Assembly: GCA_036867785.1 (NCBI GenBank)
Contig: CP145413.1
Span: 1,302,001 to 1,366,000 of the forward strand
Length of the DNA: 64,000 bases
Origin: Plasmodiophora brassicae
Taxonomy: Eukaryota
Direction of reading: 5' to 3'
In this document: in pieces, positions 11,825 to 23,645 of the stretch
Layout of the letters: the number at the start of each line of letters is the position of its first letter
How positions within the stretch are numbered: position 1 is the first letter of the stretch
Program-made: the position numbers and the translations under genes
The notes under the pieces: model-generated
What the model was told of the DNA's origin: nothing
Seen by the model: only the letters and a program-made list of their open reading frames with translations
The model's database searches: none

Positions 11825-12838
11825 ATGAGAGCATTGTCGACGGTGGCGATATGGGTTGCCGCTCTGGCGATCTGCCTGGCGTCGTCGCATTCGCCGACAT
11901 TAGTCAAGGTTGAGTCCGAGTCCACGGCGGGTGCCGCCGATGAAGAGGAGGCGATCCGGCAGATTATCGCCGGCGGTGTCGAGATGAACCAGACCTCGGA
12001 GCGGTCAGGCACGGCCAGAATCCATGTCCCCATGGTTAGAAACGGAACGGAGCGCCCCGTCACCATCGACCTGAAACTTTCGGTCGCCCCCACCAAGGTT
12101 TTGAAGCAGGAAACGACCGAGATCCCTGTCGATGACAGTATCCAGGATGATGGACGTCGCCATGCGGAAAGCGATGTCGAGCGTTCCGGCGCAGGCGAGT
12201 ATTCAAAGAAGCCCCATTTGACGCGATCTCTAGACCGTCTCGCATCGGAAAGTGACGGCGACCTCCGGACTGAGAACCATCAATCGAAGTCGTCTTCGGG
12301 ACATCGGAACGTGTCTTCATCGTCGAACAGGAGACCGAATCACAGTGAATCCGGTGCTACGAAGGGATCCCGCTCGAGGTCATCCGTGGTGCCATCTTCT
12401 TCGGAGAAGTCAGGTCCAAGGTCCCGATCAGGCAAGGCGGATCCGACGAAGGCGAAACGAACCAAGCGCTCCAGCGACGAATCGAACGGGGGCTCGTCGT
12501 CCACGACGACGTCATCGTCAACGTCGAAGCGAAGCGTTGATGTTTGGGTGGCGAGTGATGGGACGATTCTCCAACCGCCGACCTCATCGTCGTCGAGCTC
12601 GACATCAGAATCTGATTCGGTTGAATTTGTATCGTCGAGCCATTCAGGGGGCGCTCTCAAGAAGATGCTGGGATCGAGGTCATCATCAGGTAGTCGTGAT
12701 GCCGCCCTGGTCCCTAATTTGGGCATAACACCCTGCCTGGACATGAAGGACGGTACGCATCTCACGTTTCGAGATCGTTGCTGCATGTGTTCGCTGACAT
12801 ATTTGGCTGCATGTGTAGGGGTATGTCGAGCCCGGTAA
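11825..12838 (+). CDS. Secreted Ser-rich low-complexity protein (3' structure uncertain)
   Basis: Signal-peptide-like MRALSTVAIWVAALAICLA and long Ser/Arg/Lys-rich region. Possible intron after DMKD. Confidence 0.55.
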   Translation: MRALSTVAIWVAALAICLASSHSPTLVKVESESTAGAADEEEAIRQIIAGGVEMNQTSERSGTARIHVPMVRNGTERPVTIDLKLSVAPTKVLKQETTEIPVDDSIQDDGRRHAESDVERSGAGEYSKKPHLTRSLDRLASESDGDLRTENHQSKSSSGHRNVSSSSNRRPNHSESGATKGSRSRSSVVPSSSEKSGPRSRSGKADPTKAKRTKRSSDESNGGSSSTTTSSSTSKRSVDVWVASDGTILQPPTSSSSSSTSESDSVEFVSSSHSGGALKKMLGSRSSSGSRDAALVPNLGITPCLDMKDGTHLTFRDRCCMCSLTYLAACVGVCRAR

Positions 12839-13234
12839 CGTTGGACATTATTATATGCAGCGTATCAGTATGGGTTCCTCTCGGTCTTCGTTACTGGTTG
12901 GGAGGAGGTTATGCAGGCAGCCCCCATTCAAGCAACGTTGGCCACGTTCTACTGATCCGTCGGCCGCAGCGGATGGTGCCGTGTCACACAGACACCGCCG
13001 CCGACAACGCATTCGTTCAGCAGTACGAAATACAACGATATCCAAAGGCGGAAATGTAATCTGTGCTCATCCGCCGGTGTGTCGGAACCGGTCCGCTGCA
13101 CGTGCCGGCATTGTCGATGTTCGTGCGCGCGATCATGCTGCCTGCGTCTATCGGCATTTACCTCGCAGACGTGACGGTTCCCGTGGTTTACCTGGCACAT
13201 GTTACGGACTCCGTGGCGGAGACCGCAACGCGCA

Positions 13235-15385
13235 ATGTTCTCCGTAGCACGTTTCGGCCTGGACGCTGCCATCACCTCGTCAACGTGTCCTGTTGCCATA
13301 CTGAGGCGGGCTGTCAGCGATGCTCCTAAGAAGACTCCTGCGAAACGCAGACGTAGTGCCAACGTTAACTGTGATTTGACATCTGCTAATGACGCATTGC
13401 ACCCGGACCGAAAGAAACTTGTTCAATCAGGTACCGCTGATGGAAGTCCTGACCGTGATGACTTGTCTTGCGAGGGCGGTAAGGTTGCCAGTGCTGCTAA
13501 TGCATGCATGAGCCAAGAGGCAGTCGTTAAAAAGTCAAAGAAGACTCGTGGGAGACAGAAAGACAAAGAACTCCACCTACCGGATGAGACAACGCCTGTG
13601 GATAAGCAAGAGACATCCCCGCCCGCTGCCAAGGACACGTTAGACATTGCTGAAACGATGAATCCGCGACCTTCAGATGTGGATATGTCGTGCAACTCAA
13701 ACGAGGTGGCTGAGGATGCGCCAGGACGTGAAGGGGGTCGCCAGGACGAGGAGGATGATGATGAGGATGCGCCTCTGGATTTCAGCCATCGTGTTGCGGT
13801 CCTGCCGAAGCAGGGCGCCGACCCTGTGCCAATGACGGATGTCAATATCGACGAGCGCATCAAATCTACATTGGCGTCCGGGTTTGGCATTCGATCGCTG
13901 TTCGCGCTGCAAGCGTTCCTCATCCCCAGGCTCGAGCAGAACCGCGTACTCGGCATTGATTGCTGTATCACCAGCCCAACCGGTTCCGGCAAATCGCTGT
14001 GCTTTGCTATTCCGATCGTCAATCGTCTTATGCATCGCATCGTTCCACGGCTTCGCGCCCTGGTGGGAACCGTTCGTTGCGCTTCGTTTGGTCAATCTCT
14101 CTAACGTACGTTTGCCTGTAGGTTTTAGTTCCCACTCGAGATCTTGCTGTTCAGCTGCGGGGCGTCTTCGACAAATTGACGTCCGGGCTGGGTCTCACCA
14201 TCGGGATGGCGATCGGCCAACGATCATTCGACCTGGAGCAAGACGAACTGCGATGCGCTGTTGACATTCTTATTGCGACGCCGGGCCGTCTCGCCGACCA
14301 TCTCGAGTATACGGATGGGTTTACGCTGAACGACCTGGAGTACCTCGTTGTCGACGAAGTAGGAACGAACCTTGTCTCCTCATCTGGCATTGCTGCTGAT
14401 TGTTTCGTCCTAGGCCGACCGTCTTCTCGGGCAGCACTTCCACGATTGGCAGGCACTTGTTCGTGACACGCGATCTTCGTCGACGTCCGACATGCAGACA
14501 TTGCTGTTCTCGGCGACGATGTCTTTGAACCCGTTGGCCCTGGATCGCCTGCGTCTGCGGGACCCGGTGTTCTACGCGCGCTCGACCCGTAACGAGTTCG
14601 CGTGCTCGCCGACGTTAACGGAACAGATGATCGTCTGCGAATCACCGTCGGCGAAGGTCGCTGCGCTGATTGCCACCCTTGAGCAACGTCAGGCAGAGCG
14701 GTGTATCGTTTTCACGAGCTCAGTCGAATCAGCACATAACCTGAAGCGCGTGCTCGAACTCTATGGTGTCGCCCACGTGAACGAGTACCATGGCAGTCTG
14801 CCACAACGGCAGCGAACCCTCGCCATTGACAAGTTCCGGAGCAAGCCTGGCGCGGTTCTCGTCTGCAGTGATGCAATGGCGCGTGGCATCGATATCGACG
14901 ACGTCGCGCTGGTCGTCAACTACGACTGCCCCAGGTAACGCGGCAGTCGCCTTCTCCATTCGCGACCGCGTCCCTGATCGACGTTTGGTCAGTTTCCTGA
15001 AAACGTACCTGCATCGTGTTGGGCGTACCGCTCGAGCGAACAAACGTGGGACGGCGATTACGCTGACGCTTCCAAATGAGGTGCGCCTTCATCGTTCACC
15101 GAATCCCGGCCGATCCTAAACGGTGTGCGTGTTCAGGTAAAGGGCTTCAACCGCATGCTGGCGAAGGCCACGAAGAGCGCCGTGCACAAGGTCGACGTCG
15201 ACGCCGACGAGCTGGACGCCATTGTCGCGCAGCTCGACCCCGTCCTGGACGTCTCGCAAGTCCTGTTCCGCGCGGAGCAGGGCAACGCGGTCGACAGGTA
15301 CCGTCGCCTGCGGACGGAACCCGGCGACACGTTGGACGCCATCCGCACCTGGATCGACGGCCGCCTCGCCCGAAAGTCAATATAG
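13235..15385 (+). CDS. DDX51: DEAD-box RNA helicase DDX51/Dbp6
   Basis: MFSVARF N-terminus, SPTGSGKS, PRLRALV, PTRDLA, ATPGRLADHL, spliced DEADRLL, FSAT, DAMARGIDI, HRVGRTARA. Confidence 0.88.
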
Positions 15386-15586
15386 CATTCGACGGGCGGG
15401 GCCCTCTGTACGCAGTGCGCTTCGTGTCTGCAAGTGCCCCCCGGGGTCGGGGCCGGCGGGCTTGAGGGGTCTGGCTGGGGCGAAAGAAACGCCAAAAACA
15501 CGCCGCCGCCCGTCGGCACCGCACGATTTGACCGAATCGTCGTCATTTCGAAAAAAGTCGTTTAGGGGGGAGCGGGACGACGCGCG

Positions 15587-17158
15587 ATGGTGATGGCGCT
15601 GGGCGGCCGGGTCAGGGGCGCTGCGCGATGGCGGCGGGGTGGTGGCCGATGGGCGGCGCGTCGCCTGTCCGGCTCGGCGTCGATGACGGTCGAGTTCGCG
15701 CCGTTCGCCATGCACCGGGTCGAGGGCGCGCCGACGCAGGCGACCGTCACGAAGCAGGACCTGCTGGGGTACTATGACGAGATGCAGGTCATGCGCCGCA
15801 TGGAGATTGTCTGCGATCAGCTGTCGGTTGCGTTTGGCGCGGATTTGCGGGGCGCGATCTGATGGGCCGAGTCCAGGTACAAGACGCGATTGATCCGCGG
15901 CTTCTGTCACCTGTACGACGGCCAGGAAGCGATAGCGATGGGCCTCCGATCCGGTATTTACCACGTGTCGCGCTGTTTAACCCGTATTTGGGAAACAGCG
16001 CTCTCTGACTCGCGTTGGTAGGCCTTCACAAGGACGATTACGTCATATCTGCGTATCGCGATCACGCTCTGCAATACGCGGCCGGTGAGCGCAGCGCAGC
16101 GGTTCGGCAAGCGTTTCACTCTGTAACCGGGCATCTGCAGGCGACACGCTCGAATCGATTATGGCCGAGCTGCTTGGCAAATCAACGGGATGTTCGAAAG
16201 GCAAGGGCGGCTCGATGCACCTGTACTACCCGAAGGGATACTTCGGCTTCTACGGTGGCAACGGCATCGTCGGGGCGCAGGTTCGTCAACGACAGTGCTG
16301 TATTGTCGGTACAGCTAAGATCGGCGGGTACAGGTCCCGCTTGGCGCCGGGCTAGCGTTTGAAGCAAAGTACAGAGACAACAAGCGTGTTGCGGTGGCCA
16401 TGTAGGGCAGTCGCAAACAATCGGAACAACGTTGTGTCCCGCTGATTTCGCCCCCAAGGTATGGTGATGGCGCCGCCAACCAAGGACAACTGTTTGAGGC
16501 CGCCAACATGGCCGCCCTGTGGGACCTGCCGCTCATACTGATGTGCGAGAACAACCAATACGGGTACGTTCCCTCAGACGCATGGCGTCGTCAGGGTTTG
16601 AACCCTGGTCCAGGATGGGCACGGCAACATCACGGGCCAGCGCGTCTCCTGATTTCTACACTCGTGGCGACTTCATTCCTGGTATCAAAGTGGATGGCAT
16701 GGACGTAGTTGCAGCGCGGGAGGCTGTCAAGTGGGCTGCTGACTACTGTCGTGCCGGCAACGGTATGTCCCGTTCGAAACGTTGCGCTATCATCGTCAGT
16801 ATCGAAGGGGGCGGACGTAGGACCAATGTTCATCGAGATGAAGACGTATCGGTACCATGGGCATTCCATGTCCGACCCCGGCGTATCGTACCGTTCCCGC
16901 GATGAAGTCGCAAGCATGCGACAGGAGCGGGACTGCATCGGCAAAGTGAAACGCATGCTGCTCGAGAACGAGTGGGCCACGGAAGCTGACCTGAAGGCGA
17001 TCGACAAGAAGAATAAGGCTCGCGTTGACAAGGCCGTCGAGTTCGCCAAGGAATCGAAAGAACTGCCGCCAGAGGAACTCTTCACCGACATCTACGAGTT
17101 CGGCCCACCCAAATTCGTCAGGTATCCCGATCTCGTCAACAGCAAACACTTCTCCTAA
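15587..17158 (+). CDS. PDHA1: Pyruvate dehydrogenase E1 alpha subunit, mitochondrial (multi-exon)
   Basis: Arg-rich transit-like N-terminus; [53 protein letters not shown]. Confidence 0.95.
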
Positions 17159-18329
17159 CAATACAGGAAGTCTGCAGCAGGGACGATTTGCCCACACGTG
17201 CCAGTAGGGAACTCGTGATGGCGGTTCACAATTCTTTGACGATCCGATGCTGTCAACTACGTAACGACCGGGGCTAGGGGAACCTGGGACGTCCCAGGTT
17301 TCGCGTCTAGGGCTCAGTCGACTGAGTACTGGCACTACCTACATAGACGCGTTTGAATTGCCCTCAAACCCGTCCCAGCTTTGAACAGATCTGAATGTAC
17401 TTGAGGCCGGCAATGCGGCAAGGCACACCCGACCAGAAGAACTGCACGTCGTCTGAAGACATCATTATCGCCAAAGCCAAGTTCTCGGGATGCACGAGCA
17501 AGGCGCTGGCCGAATCCCACTCTGGCTCTCGTGTTGGCCGAGTTCAGAAATGGAATTAGTCCGCCGTTCCCCAGACCAGAATTCGGCGTCAGTGAAGCAA
17601 TCGCTCAACATGGCTCGACATACGTACATGACTATTAAGGTGCAGAACCCGATTATGACGCCGTCAGTGCTGCCGGCGGTCGATGCATCGACCCTTGCTA
17701 CGTTCTTGGCCCTGAGTAATCGACCGGAAGAAGGCGACACGATTGAGGTTCAGAATGGCCGAATCGACAACTCTCCAAACCCTGAAACGCTTTTATCAAA
17801 CGATCGTCGATATAGTTTACGACATATACATTGATGATTGCGATACATCGATGATCGCCTGTCAAATGCGTTTCAGGGCTTCGAGAGTAGTCGGTTAGGC
17901 AGTTCTTAACTTATCGACAAGTTCATGCGATGTGAAACGCCTGACAACATCATACGAGCAGCAGCACACCCTTCTGGCGCAGAGTGAAGCCAGGCGTCTT
18001 CGCACGTTGCTGTTAGATAACGTAGACGTTGGCAAGGTTTCAGACCTTCTACAACTAAACCAACGGAACAACTATTAGTTAATTAAACTGCTTTAGTTGG
18101 GCTAGTTGTGCAAGAAAGAGGCCGTCAGAATTTGAAGTTAACTACCTACCCGTAAACTTCGATGCGCTGTACCCAGCAATGTCAAAAAAAATTATGCAGT
18201 GATGTAAGGTTTTGTTTAATTTTTTGCCCGAACATGCGGCGTTTTTTTTGGGTGGGGTGCGAGCTGCAGACTTCCGAGCCGGGCGGAACATTTAAACCAT
18301 TGCCGCCTCAGGCGTTCGCATCGACCGCG

Positions 18330-19616
18330 ATGCACTCCCGCCAGTCCATAACGAACGCCGACAAGCTGGCCATTTTGATGTGCTGGCGCCGCGCATCAGT
18401 ACAAGGTACATCGTTGCATAACTTCGCCGATGCCAATGGCGTTGCACCCAGTCAAATCCGACGGTGGAAGAAACTGGAGACGCGCCTAAGTCAATCGCGC
18501 CCCGATGCAACAACGATTTCTCGTGGTCGGGCGCCTACGTTCACAGAGCAAGAAGAAGACGATCTGCTTCGGTGGATCTTTGATAGACGCGACGCAGGGA
18601 TAGGTACTACCTTCAACTACGCCCGCATTTCGTTGTAGTGGAACTCATAGAACCTTCGTCTAGGAATATCGTTAAATAGCCTCAAACAGTATGCTTGTGA
18701 AATGTTTTCGGGGCTTAAGGAAAAGTCTACTAGCGCCAAGGAGTCGACGCTAAGGCGTTTCTTAAAAAGGCATCGTCTAACGACGCGTGTATGCACGCAC
18801 TCCTCGTCTGTCGGGCCAGAGCAAGAACGGCGTCTGGCGGGAACCTTCATGGCTTCCATCGTACCGCGTATTGCCAGCCTCGACAAGAGGCTGATCATCA
18901 ATATGGATGAGACGGCAGTCTTCTTTGACATGTCTCGAAACCGGACGATCGATCGTGTCGGCGCGAGGCATGTCAACATGCGCAAGACATCGTCGTCGAC
19001 GCTCAGGGTCACTGTAGCAGTAGCCGTTACTGCCAGTGGTTCGATTCTTCGGCCTATGATCATTTTCAAAGGTCAGCCTCAGGGCCGCATCGCGACACGC
19101 GAGCTGCCGGAATATCCGCCTGGCAGCGAATACGCGTGCCAGCCGCACGCTTGGATGGATGGCGCTACTATGCAACAATGGGTTAAGAAGGTATCGCCTT
19201 CAGTATGGCACGATCATTGAACTAACAGAGTTTAACAGTGTCTACAACCGTACATTGCGAGTGTGCCTGTTGAGGCTCAAAGTCCTGTATTGCTTCTGGA
19301 TTCTTTCCGATGCCACGTTATGGCACCAGTGCTGTTGAGCATCAACAGTATTGGCGTCCAGGTGGAGCATGTTCCCAGCCATTGCACCGCACTCGTTCAG
19401 CCGATCGACGTGGGTGTCAACCGATCATTTAAGTCACGAATCCGGGATCAATGGGAGCATTGGTTACTGGAAAAGCCCATCGGTGACCCGTTGGATCCAC
19501 CAACACGTCCTCAAGTGGCATCGTGGATAATCCGATCGTTGCAAGAGCTATCGCCTGATGTGATCCGGAGGTCATGGCGTAGCCATGATTTTCCCTACTT
19601 TACAGATACCGAATAA
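18330..19616 (+). CDS. DD35D pogo-family transposase (exons 18330-18603, 18664-19190, 19239-19616; 392 aa)
   Basis: HTH-like N-terminus (SQIRRWKK; WIFDRR..RRFLKRH), NMDET, IIFKG, AWMD, LLDSF-35 aa-QPIDVGVN. Introns of 60 and 48 nt restore an intact frame. Confidence 0.9.
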
Positions 19617-19629
19617 ACAATAGATGGCG

Positions 19630-20032
19630 TTACAGCAGGATACAACGTGCCATGCCGCCATGGCGATGCGACCGTCGACGGTCGTACACATTGTCAGAGC
19701 GAGAGTACAATTCGACAACTCTTGCAAGTCGGTTGTCGAATCGGTTGGCTCTCGCAATGTAATGACGGGGCAGGAATCCCACCAAACATTGATCAGAACC
19801 GTTCCTCACACGATAAACGGCAATTGCCGTCTCGGTGTTGCCCGCATCTGGGGATATCATTGTCGTTAAATCGTCGACGAATTAGGGATGACTTACCATT
19901 AATGATTTGAACAATACGCAACCGGACAATGCTGTCTGGTTCCAGGACAGACCCGCACACGGTGTGCTCTTGACAGCAGCGTCCACGGTTGCCGATCTCG
20001 ATCCCTACAATCTCAACATGGACGGACGACAT
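19630..20032 (-). CDS. Transposon-borne accessory protein, 117 aa, Cys/His cluster plus HIRAN-like motif (exons 20032-19897, 19847-19630)
   Basis: A 49-nt GTAAGT..CAG intron joins GRCCQEHTVCG..IVRLRIV with TAIAVYRVRNGSDQCLVGFLPRH. Lies inside the TIRs, convergent with the transposase. Confidence 0.7.
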
Positions 20033-20293
20033 CGCCGGTCAGCTGTCGGATCGGGACCATGCTGTGGTTGCGACCTTGAAATTCGGGCCTGATATGATGT
20101 CGAGCTGACTGGCCCTCGTAGTCGGTGGTCGCAAAAAAGTTCGAAGCCTTTTTTGGACAGGGGGGCACAGGATGCGCTAGGCACAGCGCATCGAAGTTTA
20201 CGGTATAGTTGTGCGACAACTGCGTCCCTGTAGTTGTCCCCAAAGTCTGCGGATGCCGTGGGCCCGTGGCCTTCTTGTCTCTTCATGCAGGAA

Positions 20294-21027
20294 ATGGCCG
20301 ACCTCTAATACCAGGGCGAACACAGCGATGGCGATGACGGCATCATCGTCGTCAATGATGGCGTCATTGTCAACATTGACGAGGAATAGGCCGAAGAGAT
20401 CGTAGAGGATGCCGGGGACGACGTCGTGGGGGCGTGAATCCAGGCCTTCGTCAAGCACACCAACTTCCCGAAGCAGATCAAGGGCGCCAAGCTGAAGCCC
20501 CTCGCCCGCAAATCGTCGTCACTGCTGAACCAATGTGGTGTCCGTCTCGTCGACCAGCATACCGTAGAATGATTCATCTGTCTACTCGAGCCGTGCTACG
20601 ACGTGGACACGCCGGTCGACATCACGGGCACCAAGGCCGGCACGTCCAACGCGACGAAGCACCTCAAGTCGGCGCACGGCGTTGAGCCGTCCAAGACGTT
20701 GGCACACAACCGTCGCATGTCCGCGCTCCAGGAGTAGATGCACGTGTCGAATCCGGCGTTCAAGAAGGATCCGGAACGTTGGTTCCAGGTAGAGGCTCCT
20801 GACGCTTCACCCATTCCATTCGCGGCGATTGACACGCTCCTACTCAGGTGCAGGTCGGGGCGTGGTCAGCCGAGCGTTCCAGACCGACCGCTGGCGGCTG
20901 CTCGCCAAACAGGTGCCGGTCGGCCCGGGCGGCATGAAGTCCATCAACGTCCAGAAGCATCACGTTGAGCTGTACGTAACCGTGAAGAAGAAGATCTTGT
21001 CGGCAATCGCTGAGGCTCGCGACTGGT
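20294..21027 (+). pseudogene. Truncated hAT transposase with BED-type zinc finger
   Basis: The frame from ATG 20294 has stops at 20306, 20387, 20435, 20570 and 20735 but keeps FICLLEPC..TSNATKHLKSAH. A later segment reads FQTDRWRLLAKQ..FISLNL. Confidence 0.7.
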
Positions 21028-21229
21028 TCTGTATCCCATTCATTTCGCTCAACCTTGCCGTGATAAAGAGCAACACCAGTCGCGAGCCTCAGCGATTGCC
21101 GACAAGATCTTCTTCTTCACGGTTACGTACAGCTCAACGTGATGCTTCTGGACGTTGATGGACTTCATGCCGCCCGGCCCGATCGGCAACTGTTTGGCGA
21201 GCAGCCGCCAGCGGTCGGTCTGGAACGCT
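20873..21229. repeat. 155-bp inverted duplication (arms 20873-21027, 21075-21229; 47-nt loop)
   Basis: The arms are near-perfect reverse complements with a few mismatches. Confidence 0.92.
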
Positions 21230-21784
21230 ATATGGTATCGACTGCCCGGCTGACGTCGCCCCGATCTATTTTTATGTAGTTAACACAGATAACTTTGTAG
21301 TTGTAGAAGGTCTGCAAGGTTTGCGAGAGCAATATAATGTTCTGAACGAAGCAATAATGGTCATGTTCAGCGACACGTTGCACGATGGAATCGAACAAGT
21401 TCGCCGATAGTGTTTATAATCATGAATGGGACTTGGTCCCCGCTACCCGGCAAGAAGAAGCGAGGCTTAGGGCGCAGGCGGTTCTTGTTGGCGGCGCGTA
21501 CAGGTCTCTCCCCGCGTGATGTTCTGCTCAGACGTGCGACGCTGACTCTGGACATGTTGATAAAGGAGCAACAGCGGGACCACGACATCCATATCATCAT
21601 CGTCGTCGTCGTCGCTGAACGAGAGTATGGACGACATTAATAGGAACTCGTCAGACTCGTCAGATGACTCCATGCGCCACGTCCCGTTTACGGAATGAAC
21701 GGTGTCTCGGACCCCGCTGGGAGCCTGCACCCGTAAAGATACCCTTCTGATGGCGATTGCCAACAGCGAACGTAGTCGCCTGGT

Positions 21785-22991
21785 TTACAGGTGGAATTGC
21801 GCCTCTTCATCAATAACAGGCTGGACGGGTTCCCAGAGGTCGACCTCGCCAGGCTGGAGTGGGAGATCGGCGGGCGCGTCGACATTGAACTGCGGGCGTT
21901 GCTGCGGGGCCTTCGACGGGAACAACGCGACGAGCCTGGCTGGATGCACAGGAAACGGTTCCGTAAAGAAGTAGTCATCTCGAAGCGCCTGACAAGCGCG
22001 TCCATCACGTGAAAAGCCATGGCCGCTCGCTACGGGAACGTACCTCGCGAGCTGAGATCCGATTCGTGCTGCGAAGTACGAGAAATCGTTGCAGCAGCGA
22101 CAGGGCGCCTTCGCTGGCATCTGGGAGGATGTCCTGCAGAGCAATGCCGGGCATGTACGAGAAATGGATCTTGTTGTAGTCGGGCAGCGTCTTGGCCTCC
22201 TGCACAGCATCCCGGTCAGAATACAACTCGCCGCATCGTGCAAAGTTACGAGCCTACAGGCCAGGTCTCGTCATTGGGCGTGCCCATGACGCGGAGCACG
22301 CGGAACAGTTGGTCAATGTCGCTCTCGCCGACAATGAACGGCATGTGGTTGAGCATCTCGGCGAACACGCAGCCGACGGCCCACATGTCGACCCCAGGGC
22401 CATACTTCCGGGCCCCATACAGCAACTCGGGCGCCCTGTAGAACCTCGTGGCCACTTGATGCGAATACGATTGCGCTGTGGCCAGGTGCACTCTCGACAG
22501 ACCAAAGTCCCCAATCTTGAGCCGACCCGCACTGCTGAAGAGAAGATTGGAAGGTTTGATGTCCTGCCCGGTCATGTGAGCAGAGACGTTGCATGCGCGC
22601 ACGAATGTACACTGACCCGGTGAATAACGTTGGATTCGTGAATACTGGCGACGCCGACGAGGATCATTCGCAGGATGGTTTTGACCTCGGCCTCGAAGAA
22701 CGGCCGTTGCATCCGGGACATTAGCTGGAACAGGTCGGTCTCCATGTACTCCAGGGCGAGGAACACTGCCGATCCTGTCCCAAAGTACTCGAACAGACGC
22801 ACGACGTGATCGTCCTGCAGGTGCTCCAAGGATTTGATCTCGCGTACAACGGCCTTCGGCAGGCCCTGCTCGGCTCTGGCGATCCGAATCTTCTTCAATG
22901 CCACCAAGGTCCCATCTTCAATACGGACCGCTCGGAAGACCTCGCCGAATGTTCCCTCCCCGATTTTACAAACAATCCGATACCTCTCCAT
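21785..22991 (-). CDS. CDK20: Cyclin-dependent kinase CDK20/CCRK-like
   Basis: IGEGTFG, PKAVVREIKSL, spliced HRDIKPSNLL, DFGLSR, YSHQVATRFYRAPELLYGARKY, LPDYNKI. Confidence 0.85.
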
Positions 22992-23645
22992 CGGGATGAG
23001 CCACCGACACGCTCGTCTGACAGTAAACCTGGCGCAGCCCACTTCAGTACCTATATGGAAAGGGACCATGTATGACTCGACGTGCGCGTCGGCGCTTTGG
23101 TCGCTGATAAAATGGATGCGGACTCACCGACCGTAAGGAATCTCCAGATCCATTGTGGGTCGCGATGAGTCAACTTGGAGCAAGTGCAGAGTGAGGCCGA
23201 TCTTTACTGGGAGCGAGTGTGACACGCCTGGATACTTTGGAGTCGGAGTCAACGTGAACGGCATCAGGCTGCTTAGATCTGAGCACTGTGTTCGAAACCA
23301 GGGCAGCTCAATCTCGAAACGTCGTCCTATATATCGCACCCACCAGACGGTGCATCCTGCACGCCAGAACGAGTTGGCCAAGCAACTACGAGCTGGATCG
23401 CACCCGAACCTCTTCCCGATGGCATTCAGACGGCTGAGTCTCTCGAACTTGACGATCATCGTTCTCCTGCTACTGACAACCGCGAATGCTCAGCCGAGAA
23501 TAGGGCGAAAATTCAACTGGAACTGGGAAGCCATCGATAGGTCCTAAACCAGGCACGCTTCAGCATACACAAAACCGTAACGAGCTGCTCCTATCGTGTG
23601 TCCGATTGTGGGGTGCAGCCGATATCTGGGATATATTTAAGCTGG

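Larger units (their letters stand above)
18150..20203 (+). mobile_element. pogo/Tc2-like (IS630-Tc1-mariner) DNA transposon with two genes, nested in the hAT element
   Basis: 28-bp TIRs starting CCGTAAACTTCGATGCGCTGT (18150-18177 / 20176-20203, 2 mismatches). TA at 20204-20205, and TA plus one extra C at 18147-18149. Confidence 0.9.
18041..21314 (+). mobile_element. Non-autonomous, internally deleted hAT DNA transposon
   Basis: Perfect 17-bp TIR CAGACCTTCTACAACTA (18041-18057 / 21298-21314). 8-bp TSD CAAGGTTT (18033-18040, 21315-21322). Subterminal AACTA/TAGTT motifs and a BED-finger transposase relic inside. Confidence 0.9.

Noticed and set aside
12949-13362. Minus ORF with RCGLRHGVRNMC, faintly like ribosomal protein S29
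   Set aside because: Cys spacing does not fit and it overlaps the conserved DDX51 start.
23100-23600. Short ORFs in spacers (also 3801-4193, 26040-26520, 35160-35900, 44500-45150)
   Set aside because: No recognisable motif or convincing splice model.
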